From the IMG/VR virus record IMGVR_UViG_3300031774_002347: DNA of 64,000 nt; one strand, written 5' to 3'. The translations under genes were made by a program, and so were the position numbers. Shown here one piece after another: positions 10,366-20,570 of the stretch. This DNA comes from an uncultured virus (IMG/VR IMGVR_UViG_3300031774_002347) (taxonomy: Duplodnaviria > Heunggongvirae > Uroviricota > Caudoviricetes). How positions within the stretch are numbered: the stretch's first letter is position 1; each line of letters opens with the position of its first letter. The notes below the pieces were generated by a model. It did not search any database. It had not been told where the DNA came from and saw only the letters and a program-made list of their open reading frames with translations.

Positions 10366-10562
10366 ATAGGAGGTTTAATGAATAAATAAAGTAGTGGTGC
10401 CAGAAAGGAGTATCTTTTGTCCTTAGCAGTGTCTCTTAAACCTAACCACTAAAATTTTGAGAGTTTAACCACCTAACTCACAAGGGTTGTTTCTAATCGT
10501 GAAACACTACATAACCCAATCGATTCCAAATATGTAGTCATCGAGAACCCACGGCCTATTTA

Positions 10563-10811
10563 TTACATTAGTTCTAACATAGAGAATGGTACACTATAAA
10601 TCCTACCATTCATCTCAACTAAGGCTTTCTTGATATTCATCTTAGTGATTACACCAGGTGTCCTTTTAGTTTTCTGAACCACATAAACTTTAGAACCAAT
10701 AGACAATGAAGTTTTACCTAACATAGTCTTACATTCACTAATAAATGAAGATAATTCATTTAATTCTGATAGTGAATTTAGTCCTTTAATTTGTTGTTTT
10801 ATCTTAATCAT
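10563..10811 (-). CDS. Small early protein, SH3/KOW-like C-terminal barrel
   Basis: LSIGSKVYVV...GVITKMNIKKALVEM; AAGGA SD and its own promoter. Confidence 0.55.
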   Translation of the reverse strand: MIKIKQQIKGLNSLSELNELSSFISECKTMLGKTSLSIGSKVYVVQKTKRTPGVITKMNIKKALVEMNGRIYSVPFSMLELM

Positions 10812-10837
10812 AATTTATTTCCTTTATTTGATACTCT

Positions 10838-10867
10838 AATATAAGGCTTTTTGCCAATACAAGTCAA
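10838..10867 (-). promoter_or_regulatory. Sigma70-type early promoter
   Basis: TTGACT-N18-TATATT with upstream A-tract. Confidence 0.75.
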
Positions 10868-10886
10868 GTACTTTTTTTATTTTTTT

Positions 10887-11111
10887 TTATCCCCTTTCTA
10901 CTTTTCCTTTATGAGCCCAATTCACAGAGTATGGTCTTTCAGAATATTCAAAGTTCTTATTGATAGCTTTTGGTATCTGAGAACATATTTCATTAGCAAA
11001 CCATTCAGCATCTGAGTTCTCATTTGTTACGGCTCTATCACCACAACCTTGGTCTGGAACATAAACTTCCAAACATATATTTACAAAAAATCTATTAGCA
11101 TCTTTAGCCAT
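10887..11111 (-). CDS. Small hypothetical early protein
   Basis: 74 aa, AAGGA SD, directly follows 11122..11367. Confidence 0.55.
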   Translation of the reverse strand: MAKDANRFFVNICLEVYVPDQGCGDRAVTNENSDAEWFANEICSQIPKAINKNFEYSERPYSVNWAHKGKVERG

Positions 11112-11121
11112 AATTTTTCCT

Positions 11122-11367
11122 TTACATTTCCAAAGAATCTAACCACTCTTCTATCTCTTGTGGTGTCATTCTTCCATCTTCTTCAAGTGCTTCTCTTTGT
11201 TCATCTCTTGTTAATGGTCTACCCATATTATAGGTTGGACCAATACCAGTTTCTGCTTGAAACTCAATATCGTGTTCTGGTAAATTACCAGCATCTCTAT
11301 TCAATTCATAATTCATACAACCTAAAGCAAAAGTTCCCATATCCATATTTTCATCCTTTTCAATCAT
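11122..11367 (-). CDS. Small acidic hypothetical early protein
   Basis: 81 aa, very acidic; immediately downstream of a promoter. Confidence 0.55.
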   Translation of the reverse strand: MIEKDENMDMGTFALGCMNYELNRDAGNLPEHDIEFQAETGIGPTYNMGRPLTRDEQREALEEDGRMTPQEIEEWLDSLEM

Positions 11368-11378
11368 TATTACACTAT

Positions 11379-11407
11379 AATATAAGGCTTTTTCAAACCA
11401 TTGTCAA
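11379..11407 (-). promoter_or_regulatory. Sigma70-type early promoter
   Basis: TTGACA-N17-TATATT with upstream A-tract. Confidence 0.8.
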
Positions 11408-11425
11408 GTGTTTTTTTATTTTTTT

Positions 11426-11770
11426 TTAATTTAAAACATAAGGTTTATCCCACTTACCAAGATTAACAGATATATACCAACCGACATGAAAGTAATCAGT
11501 TTGGATATCAGATTTATCAAAGTTACCAACATTCATAGCTGGGATAACTTCTGATAAGAAGGCAAGTGCCTCAGGATTATCAGAGAAGTGGTCTTTATAC
11601 CAATACTCGTTTATATTATCAGTACCAAAATCAATAGAACCAGATTGAAGAGTCAACCTTAAAGTAGAGTAATTATCAACAGAAAGAGTTCCTTTCATAT
11701 TATGCTTTTTCAAAGCCTTTTTAATATTTGGAGCTAACTCTTTTTTCTTTTCTTGATTCATATAAGCCAT
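11426..11770 (-). CDS. Conserved phage early protein (LPD29-like)
   Basis: NFDKSDIQTDYFHVGWY motif resembles LPD29-type domains; AAGGA SD. Confidence 0.5.
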   Translation of the reverse strand: MAYMNQEKKKELAPNIKKALKKHNMKGTLSVDNYSTLRLTLQSGSIDFGTDNINEYWYKDHFSDNPEALAFLSEVIPAMNVGNFDKSDIQTDYFHVGWYISVNLGKWDKPYVLN

Positions 11771-11822
11771 TATTTATTTCCTTTATTTAAGTTCTTTATT
11801 ATTATCTCATTTCTCATACCTT

Positions 11823-11852
11823 AATATACGACATAAATACTATACAAGTCAA
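11823..11852 (-). promoter_or_regulatory. Sigma70-type early promoter
   Basis: TTGACT-N18-TATATT. Confidence 0.7.
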
Positions 11853-11973
11853 GGATTATTTTCAAAAAACTTCAAAAAAACTTCGAAGAATCATATAAGA
11901 AATTACATATTTTTTAATAACCTGATATTTATTATCGAAGAAAAAAACAGCATTAATTTAAATGGAGATGGCA

Positions 11974-12465
11974 ATGGCCGACATATTAACAACAGATGAA
12001 ATCTTTTTTAAAGCGTTTGAACCGAAAACAAAGAATAGGTTCATTATGTATATTGATGGAATACCATCTTATTTCGTAAAAACAGCTAATAGACCACAGA
12101 TTACTTTTGAAGAAATCGAACTTAATCATATCAATGTAAAACGATATGTTAAAGGTAAAGGTACTTGGGAGCCATTAGAAATTACTCTATATGACCCAAT
12201 CGTTCCAAGTGGAGCACAGGCAGTTATGGAATGGGTTAGATTACACCACGAATCAGTAACAGGTCGTGATGGGTATTCTGATTTTTACAAAAAAGAAGTT
12301 AGATTCAATCTTTTAGGCCCAGTTGGTGATAAGGTTGAGGAATGGGTTCTTCACGGAGCATTCATTCAAACTGCTAACTTCAACGATTTAGATTTTGCTA
12401 ATGGAACAGATGTCGCTGATATATCGTTAACACTTCGTTACGATTACGCAGTACTCTCGTTCTAA
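11974..12465 (+). CDS. Tail tube protein (T4 gp19-like)
   Basis: FEPKTKNRF, TWEPLEITLYDPI, VMEWVR, VEEWVLHGAF, ISLTLRYD; follows the sheath gene. Confidence 0.9.
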   Translation: MADILTTDEIFFKAFEPKTKNRFIMYIDGIPSYFVKTANRPQITFEEIELNHINVKRYVKGKGTWEPLEITLYDPIVPSGAQAVMEWVRLHHESVTGRDGYSDFYKKEVRFNLLGPVGDKVEEWVLHGAFIQTANFNDLDFANGTDVADISLTLRYDYAVLSF

Positions 12466-12483
12466 AACCATAAGGAAAATACA

Positions 12484-12708
12484 ATGGCTTTTAAAGACAT
12501 TTTTAAAGATGATAACTCATATAACGAGAAATCAATCATAGGGTTTGGTGCGTTTGCTATAATGGTAATATTTGCAGGTGCAGATGTTGTAACTGGTATT
12601 ATGGGTAAAGATTTAGTAATCAACGATGTTGTTTACAATTCTTTCCTATTCACTACTTTAGGTTCATTTGGAATCGCAGGAGCTGAAAAAGTATTAGGAA
12701 AAAAATAA
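12484..12708 (+). CDS. Small two-TM membrane protein (holin-like)
   Basis: Two hydrophobic segments and basic C-terminus GKK. Confidence 0.45.
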   Translation: MAFKDIFKDDNSYNEKSIIGFGAFAIMVIFAGADVVTGIMGKDLVINDVVYNSFLFTTLGSFGIAGAEKVLGKK

Positions 12709-12781
12709 ATTTGATTTTACGAAAGTAAATTAATAGTTATAAGTATAATGGTTTTAAATACATTTCATAGGAGAAATAACA

Positions 12782-13555
12782 ATGGCTGATAATCAGTACG
12801 CATTTCCTACTGAAGAACTATCACTGCCTTCAAAAGGTTTACTTTATCCAAAGGATAGTCCATTAAGTAAGGGAACAATAGAAGTCAAGTATATGACTGC
12901 ACGAGAAGAAGATATATTAACTTCTTCAAATTTAATTGAAAAGGGATTAGTAATTGATAGATTACTTGAATCCGTAATAGCAGACCCCAAAGTAAAATTG
13001 GATGATATGTTAGTGGGAGATAAGAACGCATTAATGTTAGGTACAAGAGTTTTGGGTTATGGTAAGGATTATGTAGTAAGCATAGAGGACCCAGATACAG
13101 GTCTTGATGTAGAACATACCTTTGATTTAACAAAGTTAGAAACTAAAAAAGTTGATGACTCTTTACTCAAGAATGGAAATAAGTTTGAATTTACATTACC
13201 ACACTCTAAAAGAGTAATTGAATTTAAACTAATGACACATAAAGATGAAAAAGATGTTGAAAAAGAAGTTGAGGGTTATAAGAAAATAGCTCAAGCAACT
13301 GGAGTTTCTAATGAGTTAACTACACGATTAAAGAAACAAATCATTTCAGTAGATGGTGAAACAGATAGAATGAAAATTAATGATTTTGTAGATAATCAGT
13401 TTCTTGCTAGAGATACACGAGAGTTTCGTGCTCACTTAGTAGAAATATCACCTGATATTAAATTCGAAGCAGAATACACAAGTCAAATAGGAGAGCCCCA
13501 CAAGGTAAATATACCAATAGGGGTACGATTTTTTTGGCCTGAGTCCGAACTATAA
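12782..13555 (+). CDS. Tail/baseplate assembly chaperone (T4 gp26-like)
   Basis: LPSKGLLY, YMTAREEDIL, GDKNALM, FTLPHSK, FFWP end; lies between tube and tape measure. Confidence 0.75.
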   Translation: MADNQYAFPTEELSLPSKGLLYPKDSPLSKGTIEVKYMTAREEDILTSSNLIEKGLVIDRLLESVIADPKVKLDDMLVGDKNALMLGTRVLGYGKDYVVSIEDPDTGLDVEHTFDLTKLETKKVDDSLLKNGNKFEFTLPHSKRVIEFKLMTHKDEKDVEKEVEGYKKIAQATGVSNELTTRLKKQIISVDGETDRMKINDFVDNQFLARDTREFRAHLVEISPDIKFEAEYTSQIGEPHKVNIPIGVRFFWPESEL

Positions 13556-13733
13556 ACAGATACTTCACGACCAAATATTTTCAATGGTATTTCACGGAGA
13601 GGGATTCACTTTCACCGAGTTATATCATATGCCTATCCATCTCAGAACTTATTATATGAATAAGATGGTTGATTCTCGTAAAAAAGAAAATGATAAGATG
13701 AAATCTCGCCGTCAACCTACACCAAAAAAATAG
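13536..13733 (+). CDS. Overlapping ORF, probable frameshift extension of the chaperone (gpGT-like)
   Basis: Not in the ORF track; reads GLSPNYKQILHDQIFSMVFHGEGFTFTELYHMPIHLRTYYMNKMVDSRKKENDKMKSRRQPTPKK*, starting right after a T7 run at 13529-13535. Confidence 0.65.
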   Translation, partial: GLSPNYKQILHDQIFSMVFHGEGFTFTELYHMPIHLRTYYMNKMVDSRKKENDKMKSRRQPTPKK

Positions 13734-13784
13734 AAACTTGATATTTATTATTGATAAATAACATTCTTATTTAAGGAAGATTAG

Positions 13785-14006
13785 ATGAAGTTTAATGAAA
13801 ATTCAGAAAGAGTTCTTCGTAAGTTACACAAAGAGGGTCTATTAGGAAACTTTGTAAAGAGTATAGAGAAATCTATTCGCGGTAAAACAGAGAAAGATAT
13901 AGACAAGATTTTAAAAAGAGGTAACAAAGAACACGCAAGGTTGTTAAAGAAAATAAAAAAAGACCCTGAACAAGCGTTAAAAGACCTTATTAAAGATTTA
14001 TCTTAA
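13785..14006 (+). CDS. Small basic hypothetical protein
   Basis: 73 aa, AAGGA SD. Confidence 0.5.
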   Translation: MKFNENSERVLRKLHKEGLLGNFVKSIEKSIRGKTEKDIDKILKRGNKEHARLLKKIKKDPEQALKDLIKDLS

Positions 14007-14074
14007 AGTTTATCTTTTCTTAAAAAAGAAATTCAATTTATTATAACTAACAACATCAATGGATTTGGTATTCA

Positions 14075-16231
14075 ATGACACCTAAAGAACTAGCACAAAT
14101 AGTAGAGCTCACAGAGAAACGAAAAAGACTCGAAGAAAATATTAAGAGTTTAACGGAATCTGCTGCACAGGCTTCAGGTGAAGATTATCAACATCAAGTA
14201 AGATATTTAAAAGCCAAAGCAGAAGAATTAAAAGCCTTAAAAGAACAAGAGAAACTTGCAGAATCTATTAGGGATAATAAAGAAGAAGTCATCAAGATGG
14301 GTGAAAAGGATAAAGCTCTTGCTTATGATGTTGCAGATGCAAACGAAAAAATAGAAAAACGATTAGCAGCAGCAAAAAATTTAATTAAGAATAAAAGTAA
14401 ATTTTCTACAGCTGAATATAAAACATTAACCAAAATAAATGCAACTGAACTTGCCACACTTAAAGTAAATCGTGATATGGCAAACGAATCTCAACATAGA
14501 TTGATGATTCAAGATAAGTTATTAGGTACACTTGGATTAAGTGTTGGTGCTATGAAAGATATGAAAGAACAAGCAATATTGTTTGGTAGAGCAGTGATGA
14601 CTAATCCATATTTGTTATTACTCGCAGGAGTTGCAGCAACAGCAATGGCATTAAAGAAGGCAGTTACATTTGGTCTTGAATTACAAGATTCTATCGGTAC
14701 ATCTGCTTCTCAAACAATCAAGTTAACTAAAAGTTTTGCAGACCCTGCTGCACTTGGTCAATTAAGACTATTAGGTGTTGAGGTATCATCAACTACAAAA
14801 GCATTTGCTGATGCATTTGGTGATGTTAGTTTAGCAACATCAGAAAACTTAATTGCATTAGGACAACAAAAAAGATTATTAGGTATAAGTGTTGAGGATA
14901 GTATAAAACTATCAAAAGAATTTATGAGTTTGACTGGTTCATCATACGATGCATCATTAAACTTCCAAACAATGGCTGCAGAACTTGCTGAAGCAAATGA
15001 TTTAAGACCTGGAGATGTAGTAAAAGAATTAGCAGATAATACAGAAGTATTTGCAGATTTTGCAAAAGACGGTGGTAGAAACCTTGCAGAAGCAGCAGTT
15101 CAAGCAAGAAAACTTGGATTAAATTTAAGTACCACTGCTAAGATTGCTAATTCATTATTAGATTTTGAATCTTCCATAGAAAAAGAAATGGAAGCTTCGA
15201 TGATGATTGGTAAACAATTAAACTTCAATAAAGCAAGACAACTTGCACTTGAGGGTGATATTGCAGGAGCTGCAAAAGATGTTGTATCACAAATCGGTGG
15301 AGCAGCAGAATTAAATAAAATGAATGTTCTTCAAAGAAGAGCATTGGCAGAATCTATTGGGGTATCAACGGATGAGTTAAGTAGATTAGCAACTGGTAAG
15401 TTAGATATTAAATCTGATACCAAGAGTGTAGAGGAACAAAACCTTGCTGCAATGAACACATTACAAACTGGACAAGAAATTCTTACTTCTGCAACAAAAG
15501 CATTGACATATGCAACAATAGCATTAACTGGAGTAATGGGTGCTAAAGCTTTAATGGATTTAGGAAAAACTTTAAAGAATAGTTCAATAGGTAATAAATT
15601 AAAGAACACCAAAAGAACTACGAGTGGTAGATTAAATAGAACAAGTGGTTTAGGTAAAACACTAAAAGGTACAAGAACTGGTGGTGTTGTTGATAAATTG
15701 ATTGGAGCACCAAAGAGTACTATTGGAAAAGCAGCATTCGGACAAGCAGGTAAGGGAGTTGCTAAACGAATACCAGGTGTATCTGCAGTATTGGGTGGTG
15801 CTGATATAGTTTCAGGTGTAAAGAGTGGAGATAAAGGTGATATCGGTAGTGGTGCAGGTATGATTATCGGTGGTGCTTTAGGAAGTTTCTTAGGACCAAT
15901 GGGAACTGTCGTGGGAAGTATGGCAGGACAATACATTGGAGAAAAAGTTGGTGATTACTTTGAAAATAGTGAAACTCTTGAACAGAAAAAAGCAGAAGAG
16001 GCAAAGGTATTAGGTAATATTGAAGAAGAAAGAAAAGATTTAACCGCAGAACAAGATGCGGAATTACAAGCAGCATTATCAGGTAATGCAAACCAAATGC
16101 AAGCTTTTATAGATAAATATGATAGTATGAATCCATTTAGTGATACTAACGAAGTAGCAGAATTATTAAAAACATTAGTTGCTAAACAAGATGGTATTAT
16201 ACAGGCAACTGAAAATTTAACTAAGGATTAA
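14075..16231 (+). CDS. Tape measure protein
   Basis: 718 aa helical Ala-rich; LLDFESSIEKEMEA; Gly-rich GGALGSFLGPMGTVVG segment; canonical position. Confidence 0.8.
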   Translation: MTPKELAQIVELTEKRKRLEENIKSLTESAAQASGEDYQHQVRYLKAKAEELKALKEQEKLAESIRDNKEEVIKMGEKDKALAYDVADANEKIEKRLAAAKNLIKNKSKFSTAEYKTLTKINATELATLKVNRDMANESQHRLMIQDKLLGTLGLSVGAMKDMKEQAILFGRAVMTNPYLLLLAGVAATAMALKKAVTFGLELQDSIGTSASQTIKLTKSFADPAALGQLRLLGVEVSSTTKAFADAFGDVSLATSENLIALGQQKRLLGISVEDSIKLSKEFMSLTGSSYDASLNFQTMAAELAEANDLRPGDVVKELADNTEVFADFAKDGGRNLAEAAVQARKLGLNLSTTAKIANSLLDFESSIEKEMEASMMIGKQLNFNKARQLALEGDIAGAAKDVVSQIGGAAELNKMNVLQRRALAESIGVSTDELSRLATGKLDIKSDTKSVEEQNLAAMNTLQTGQEILTSATKALTYATIALTGVMGAKALMDLGKTLKNSSIGNKLKNTKRTTSGRLNRTSGLGKTLKGTRTGGVVDKLIGAPKSTIGKAAFGQAGKGVAKRIPGVSAVLGGADIVSGVKSGDKGDIGSGAGMIIGGALGSFLGPMGTVVGSMAGQYIGEKVGDYFENSETLEQKKAEEAKVLGNIEEERKDLTAEQDAELQAALSGNANQMQAFIDKYDSMNPFSDTNEVAELLKTLVAKQDGIIQATENLTKD

Positions 16232-16232
16232 A

Positions 16233-17696
16233 ATGGGATTATTTGAAAAATTAAAAACGGATAAACTAACAAGTTTTGATTGGGATAAATCACAGAAACA
16301 CGATTCCAATCAAGAGAACTTGCCCGTAGGTGATGCCACAATAACACCACCAGTTCCTGAATTGGGAGATAGAGGTAGTGAGATTGATGCACAATATAAA
16401 AAACTTGGTGGTAATGAATCTTTAAGAGATACATCTGGTTTAGGATTCGATGAACCATTTATTATACGAGATATCGGTGATAGTTATGCTCATACAGGAA
16501 TATGGGCAGTTGATTTACCACTACAAGTACAGAGAACTGCAGAAGATGTTGTTAGAATAGCAAAGTTCGCAGCATCACCAAGAGGTGTTATCTTTGGATT
16601 GAAACAAGCATTATTACAAAATCAAAATCCAAGAAAAGAAACAAGAAAATATAATCCACTACGCCAGATGTTATCTATCGCACCATTAGTACACGCAGAA
16701 AGACATAACAAAACATTTCTTAATCCTTTAGGTACACCACCACGATATCAAGATGAGGTAGAGACTAGTGAAACTATGAAGGCAGCAAATGTTTCTAATG
16801 TAGAGGGAGATGGTTTAGCAAGTATTGGGGAAAATATCGCAAATGCATTTGGATTTGGTGGAGATTCACTTGATGGTACAATTTTGGGTGAATCAATGAA
16901 TCTCGGTACTGGTAGGGTAAACTCATCAAATGGTCAATCCACTGGTTTGTACTCGGTAGGTACAAGCAATACTCTACAAGTTCCATATGGCGGGCAATAC
17001 GGACGGTTAAGTTACGCCGCAGGTACTATTGAGAATAAACTACCTAAAGATTTTATAAAGTTTAGAATTAGAGATGCAGTAAATGGAAAGTGGTTAATAT
17101 TCCCTGCTCATCTTGGTACAATAACAGATACTGTCACACCAGAATATTCAACAGAAAGATATATTGGTAGACCTGATAGTGTTCACATCTATACAGGTAC
17201 GAATCGTAGTGTTGGATTTGATTTTAAAGTAGCAGCATTTACTAAACAAGAAATACCAATCATTCAAGAGAAGATGAATTATTTAATGGGATTGGGATAT
17301 CCAACATTTAAACCAATGTTCGATGGAGATAACGAGGGTAGACCAGTATCACCTTATGTTTATTTAACCATTGGTGATTTGTTTAATAATACACCTGGAT
17401 ATTTTGATAATATCACAATCACTATGGAAGAAAATGCTACTTGGGAAATTGATGAGGGATTACAGATTCCTATGTTTTTTAATGTTAGTGTTAATTTTGT
17501 TTATATCGGTAAATACTTACCAACAACATTAAGTAAACATTATGAAGTACCACATTTAAAAGATAGTGGTTTTGGTGAGGGTAAGTATCAGACATTTGGT
17601 AAGAATGACCCAACAGCAGGTTCACCCGATGCTTCAAAAAGACCTGATATAGGAACTACTGCCACAAGACCTGGTTGGGCAATAGGACTTAAATAA
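16233..17696 (+). CDS. Baseplate/tail-tube initiator protein
   Basis: C-terminal tube-like domain (ITDTVTPEY..YIGRPD..YTGTNRSVGFDF..LTIGDLF); follows tape measure. Confidence 0.65.
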   Translation: MGLFEKLKTDKLTSFDWDKSQKHDSNQENLPVGDATITPPVPELGDRGSEIDAQYKKLGGNESLRDTSGLGFDEPFIIRDIGDSYAHTGIWAVDLPLQVQRTAEDVVRIAKFAASPRGVIFGLKQALLQNQNPRKETRKYNPLRQMLSIAPLVHAERHNKTFLNPLGTPPRYQDEVETSETMKAANVSNVEGDGLASIGENIANAFGFGGDSLDGTILGESMNLGTGRVNSSNGQSTGLYSVGTSNTLQVPYGGQYGRLSYAAGTIENKLPKDFIKFRIRDAVNGKWLIFPAHLGTITDTVTPEYSTERYIGRPDSVHIYTGTNRSVGFDFKVAAFTKQEIPIIQEKMNYLMGLGYPTFKPMFDGDNEGRPVSPYVYLTIGDLFNNTPGYFDNITITMEENATWEIDEGLQIPMFFNVSVNFVYIGKYLPTTLSKHYEVPHLKDSGFGEGKYQTFGKNDPTAGSPDASKRPDIGTTATRPGWAIGLK

Positions 17697-18004
17697 TGAA
17701 TAGATATAAATTTACACGAGTTAAGAAAGATGAGGTAGATGGTATAAGATATAAATCCACTACTCTTTATCCAAAGATAGTATCAAGAGATAGTGATATA
17801 ACCTATTATACAAGATTTGGTGATTCATATGGTTCACTTGCACATAGATTTTATAGTGACCAATCATTGTGGTGGATTATTGCAAAAGCAAACGAGGGTT
17901 TTAAGGGTAATCTCAAATTTAAAATTGGTGAGAAAGTAATTATACCAATGGAAATCGGTGAAATAGTATCGGAGTTAGAACGATTGAATAATAGAGTGGA
18001 TTAA
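17696..18004 (+). CDS. LysM-like baseplate wedge protein (gp53-like)
   Basis: GDSYGSLAHRFYSDQSLWWIIAKAN...GEKVIIP. Confidence 0.8.
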   Translation: MNRYKFTRVKKDEVDGIRYKSTTLYPKIVSRDSDITYYTRFGDSYGSLAHRFYSDQSLWWIIAKANEGFKGNLKFKIGEKVIIPMEIGEIVSELERLNNRVD

Positions 18005-18006
18005 CA

Positions 18007-20517
18007 ATGTTTCAGTTTAATCAAATACCACCAAACATACAAAAAACCTTGTTCAAAAGAATGAACGCATTAACAAGAACAGGTAATATGAGTCCATTAG
18101 GACCACAAACTGAACAAAAATCTAATAGTGTATCTGAAATGATGACAAAATCTTGTTGGGTTAGAATAACTGCTGCAGTGCCAGATTTTAAAAAAGATGA
18201 TAAGGGTAAGTACATATATCCATTAGAAAAAGAAGGTCATACACCTATGAGATTATCGAGTGCGTTTAAAGGTGGACAACCATTAAATCGACCACTCGCC
18301 TCAAAAACAAATTTATTAAATAACTCACCAACATCAACATTGAGACCACATACTGGTGTAACGGGCGTGAGTACAAGTTTTAAGAACCATTCAATACAAA
18401 ATGTAACAATAAATTGGAAATTATACGATATAGAAGATTTTGAAGTGTATGAGAAAGCATTTTTAAAACACGGAAGAACTATCTTAGTAGAATTTGGATG
18501 GTCAACACCTGAAATGGTAACACTACCAAAGGTAGAGAAACCAGAAGATATGATTCAATATTATGAAGCAATACAAGAAAGAATTATAAAAGGTGGTGGT
18601 GATTATTATGCAGCAATAGGAACTATCAAAGGATTTCAATATAATATAGGAGTTAATGGTGAATTTGATTGTACTACAGAATTAACTTCAATGGGTAGTA
18701 CTTTATTTAAAGGACAGGTAGACCCAAGTGATAGTGCAATACCAGAATTAATTAGAAATAAAAACGCTGAAACTGCAGAAGAAGCATTTCAAAAATCACA
18801 AACAACCTTTGAATTTTATATAAAAAAGTTAAATGAAAATATTGCATCAGTTGCTGCAAGAGGTGATAAAGATGTTTATTATAACAATAATTCTGATAAG
18901 GGATATTGTACTTGGGGTTGGTTTGAGGATAATGTATTGAATACATTCTTTGGGTTTGTAACTAAGAAAAAAGGACAGAGTTCAAAAGATGCATTAACAA
19001 CACAAGTTAAAAGTAGAGGTACAAAATATAAAGTTAAATCTACTGAAGATGGTAGTGAAGTTGAACAATTTGAAACCATAGTTGGTAATAATAAATGTAG
19101 GATGAGTTCTAATCTATATACTAAAAGTAGACATATTCAATTTCCAGGTAGGTACATTGGATTGGGTGGAGTAGGAAATGCTAGTAATCAAATTCTGTCA
19201 GGCTTTGATACAAAAGTTAGTGAAAAATATAAACACTTAGCAGAAACATTTTTATCTATAAATGAATTTGATGATTTTGTAGAACCAGGTGAAGAATATG
19301 GTTCAATAAGAAATATAGTATTTAGTGCAGATTTTATTGAACAACAATTTAATGGTATTAGAGATTTAGAAGAGGGATTACTAAGTTTTTGGTCTACAGT
19401 CAATGCACAATATGGTACATTTTGGGAATTTAAAATAGTACAAGACCAAAATAATAATGGTACTATAGGTGTTATTGATAATTTAGTTACTGAAAATAGA
19501 ATTAAAGATGTTAATCCTAAATTAGATGGTAAAAAATCCACACTTAAAGACCCAAACCATTGTTTCGTATTTCCACTTTATAGTAATCGTTCTTTATTTA
19601 AAGATTTTAGTTTAAATGTAAATATAAGTTCTGCAATGGCAACACAAGCAATGTTCCATAGTAATAAAAACTTTGGTACTCAAGGTGAAGATGAAAGTGG
19701 TAAACCAGAGGATATTGGAATAACCGCATTGGCATCTATGCAAAACCAAACTATGAGTGATAGAACTGCAGATACACAAGGACAGGAAGATGGTAAAGAT
19801 TTTTTAATTGATGAGATTTGGTCACCAATATTAGGAGACCCAAATAATAATACTGGTCCTTTAATGGTTCAACGAGAAGATACAAACGATTCTAATTCCA
19901 ATTTGGTTTTAAAAAATGTAAGTGGTGATGTTAATCTACAAGGATTATCTGATGCGGTAGAAACACAAAAAGAGACAGAGTTGTTAGTAAAAAAAGAAGA
20001 TGATGTAGCAGAATTTTCATCCGCTAATAATTGGTTTGATGAGAATAATCCACAACAGATGGATGATGCATTAGTTTATACTGCAGATGGGGATATGTTG
20101 GATAGTTTTCAGAAAAGTATGTTATGGTTGATGAATAAATCATCAGAAGCAAAAGCACAAGTAGACCCATTAACACCATTAACCATTAGTTTTACTATAC
20201 CAGGTATTGGTGGGATTAGTATGTATGATTTATTTGCAGTTGATTACTTACCAAAGCAATACAGAGATTATGGTTTATTTCAAGTTAATGCAGTTGACCA
20301 CACATTATCAACGACTGGTTGGGATACAAAGATAAGTGGATTATTAAGAGTGGATATGGATTCATTAATCAAAGCAGCAAAAAAAGCAGGTAGATATGAA
20401 GAGGGTGAGGGTACTGAAATAAATAGAAATTATGATAACACCAAAACAATGAGTGTGTTACAATTTAAACAAAATGCTCAAAAAGAAGATAAACCAAAAG
20501 AATCAGTAACGGAGTAA
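18007..20517 (+). CDS. Baseplate hub-like protein
   Basis: 836 aa; LVEFGWS; C-terminal ISFTIPGIGGI..FQVNAVDHTLSTTGWDTKI; position after the LysM gene. Confidence 0.55.
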   Translation: MFQFNQIPPNIQKTLFKRMNALTRTGNMSPLGPQTEQKSNSVSEMMTKSCWVRITAAVPDFKKDDKGKYIYPLEKEGHTPMRLSSAFKGGQPLNRPLASKTNLLNNSPTSTLRPHTGVTGVSTSFKNHSIQNVTINWKLYDIEDFEVYEKAFLKHGRTILVEFGWSTPEMVTLPKVEKPEDMIQYYEAIQERIIKGGGDYYAAIGTIKGFQYNIGVNGEFDCTTELTSMGSTLFKGQVDPSDSAIPELIRNKNAETAEEAFQKSQTTFEFYIKKLNENIASVAARGDKDVYYNNNSDKGYCTWGWFEDNVLNTFFGFVTKKKGQSSKDALTTQVKSRGTKYKVKSTEDGSEVEQFETIVGNNKCRMSSNLYTKSRHIQFPGRYIGLGGVGNASNQILSGFDTKVSEKYKHLAETFLSINEFDDFVEPGEEYGSIRNIVFSADFIEQQFNGIRDLEEGLLSFWSTVNAQYGTFWEFKIVQDQNNNGTIGVIDNLVTENRIKDVNPKLDGKKSTLKDPNHCFVFPLYSNRSLFKDFSLNVNISSAMATQAMFHSNKNFGTQGEDESGKPEDIGITALASMQNQTMSDRTADTQGQEDGKDFLIDEIWSPILGDPNNNTGPLMVQREDTNDSNSNLVLKNVSGDVNLQGLSDAVETQKETELLVKKEDDVAEFSSANNWFDENNPQQMDDALVYTADGDMLDSFQKSMLWLMNKSSEAKAQVDPLTPLTISFTIPGIGGISMYDLFAVDYLPKQYRDYGLFQVNAVDHTLSTTGWDTKISGLLRVDMDSLIKAAKKAGRYEEGEGTEINRNYDNTKTMSVLQFKQNAQKEDKPKESVTE

Positions 20518-20570
20518 AATAAAAGTTTATTTGAGGTTTCAAACTGATATATATTATTAATTAAGGTTAT

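Noticed and set aside
10484..10550. Hammerhead ribozyme (minus strand has CTCGATGA and GAAAC)
   Set aside because: Core is not CUGANGA and GAAA does not directly follow stem II
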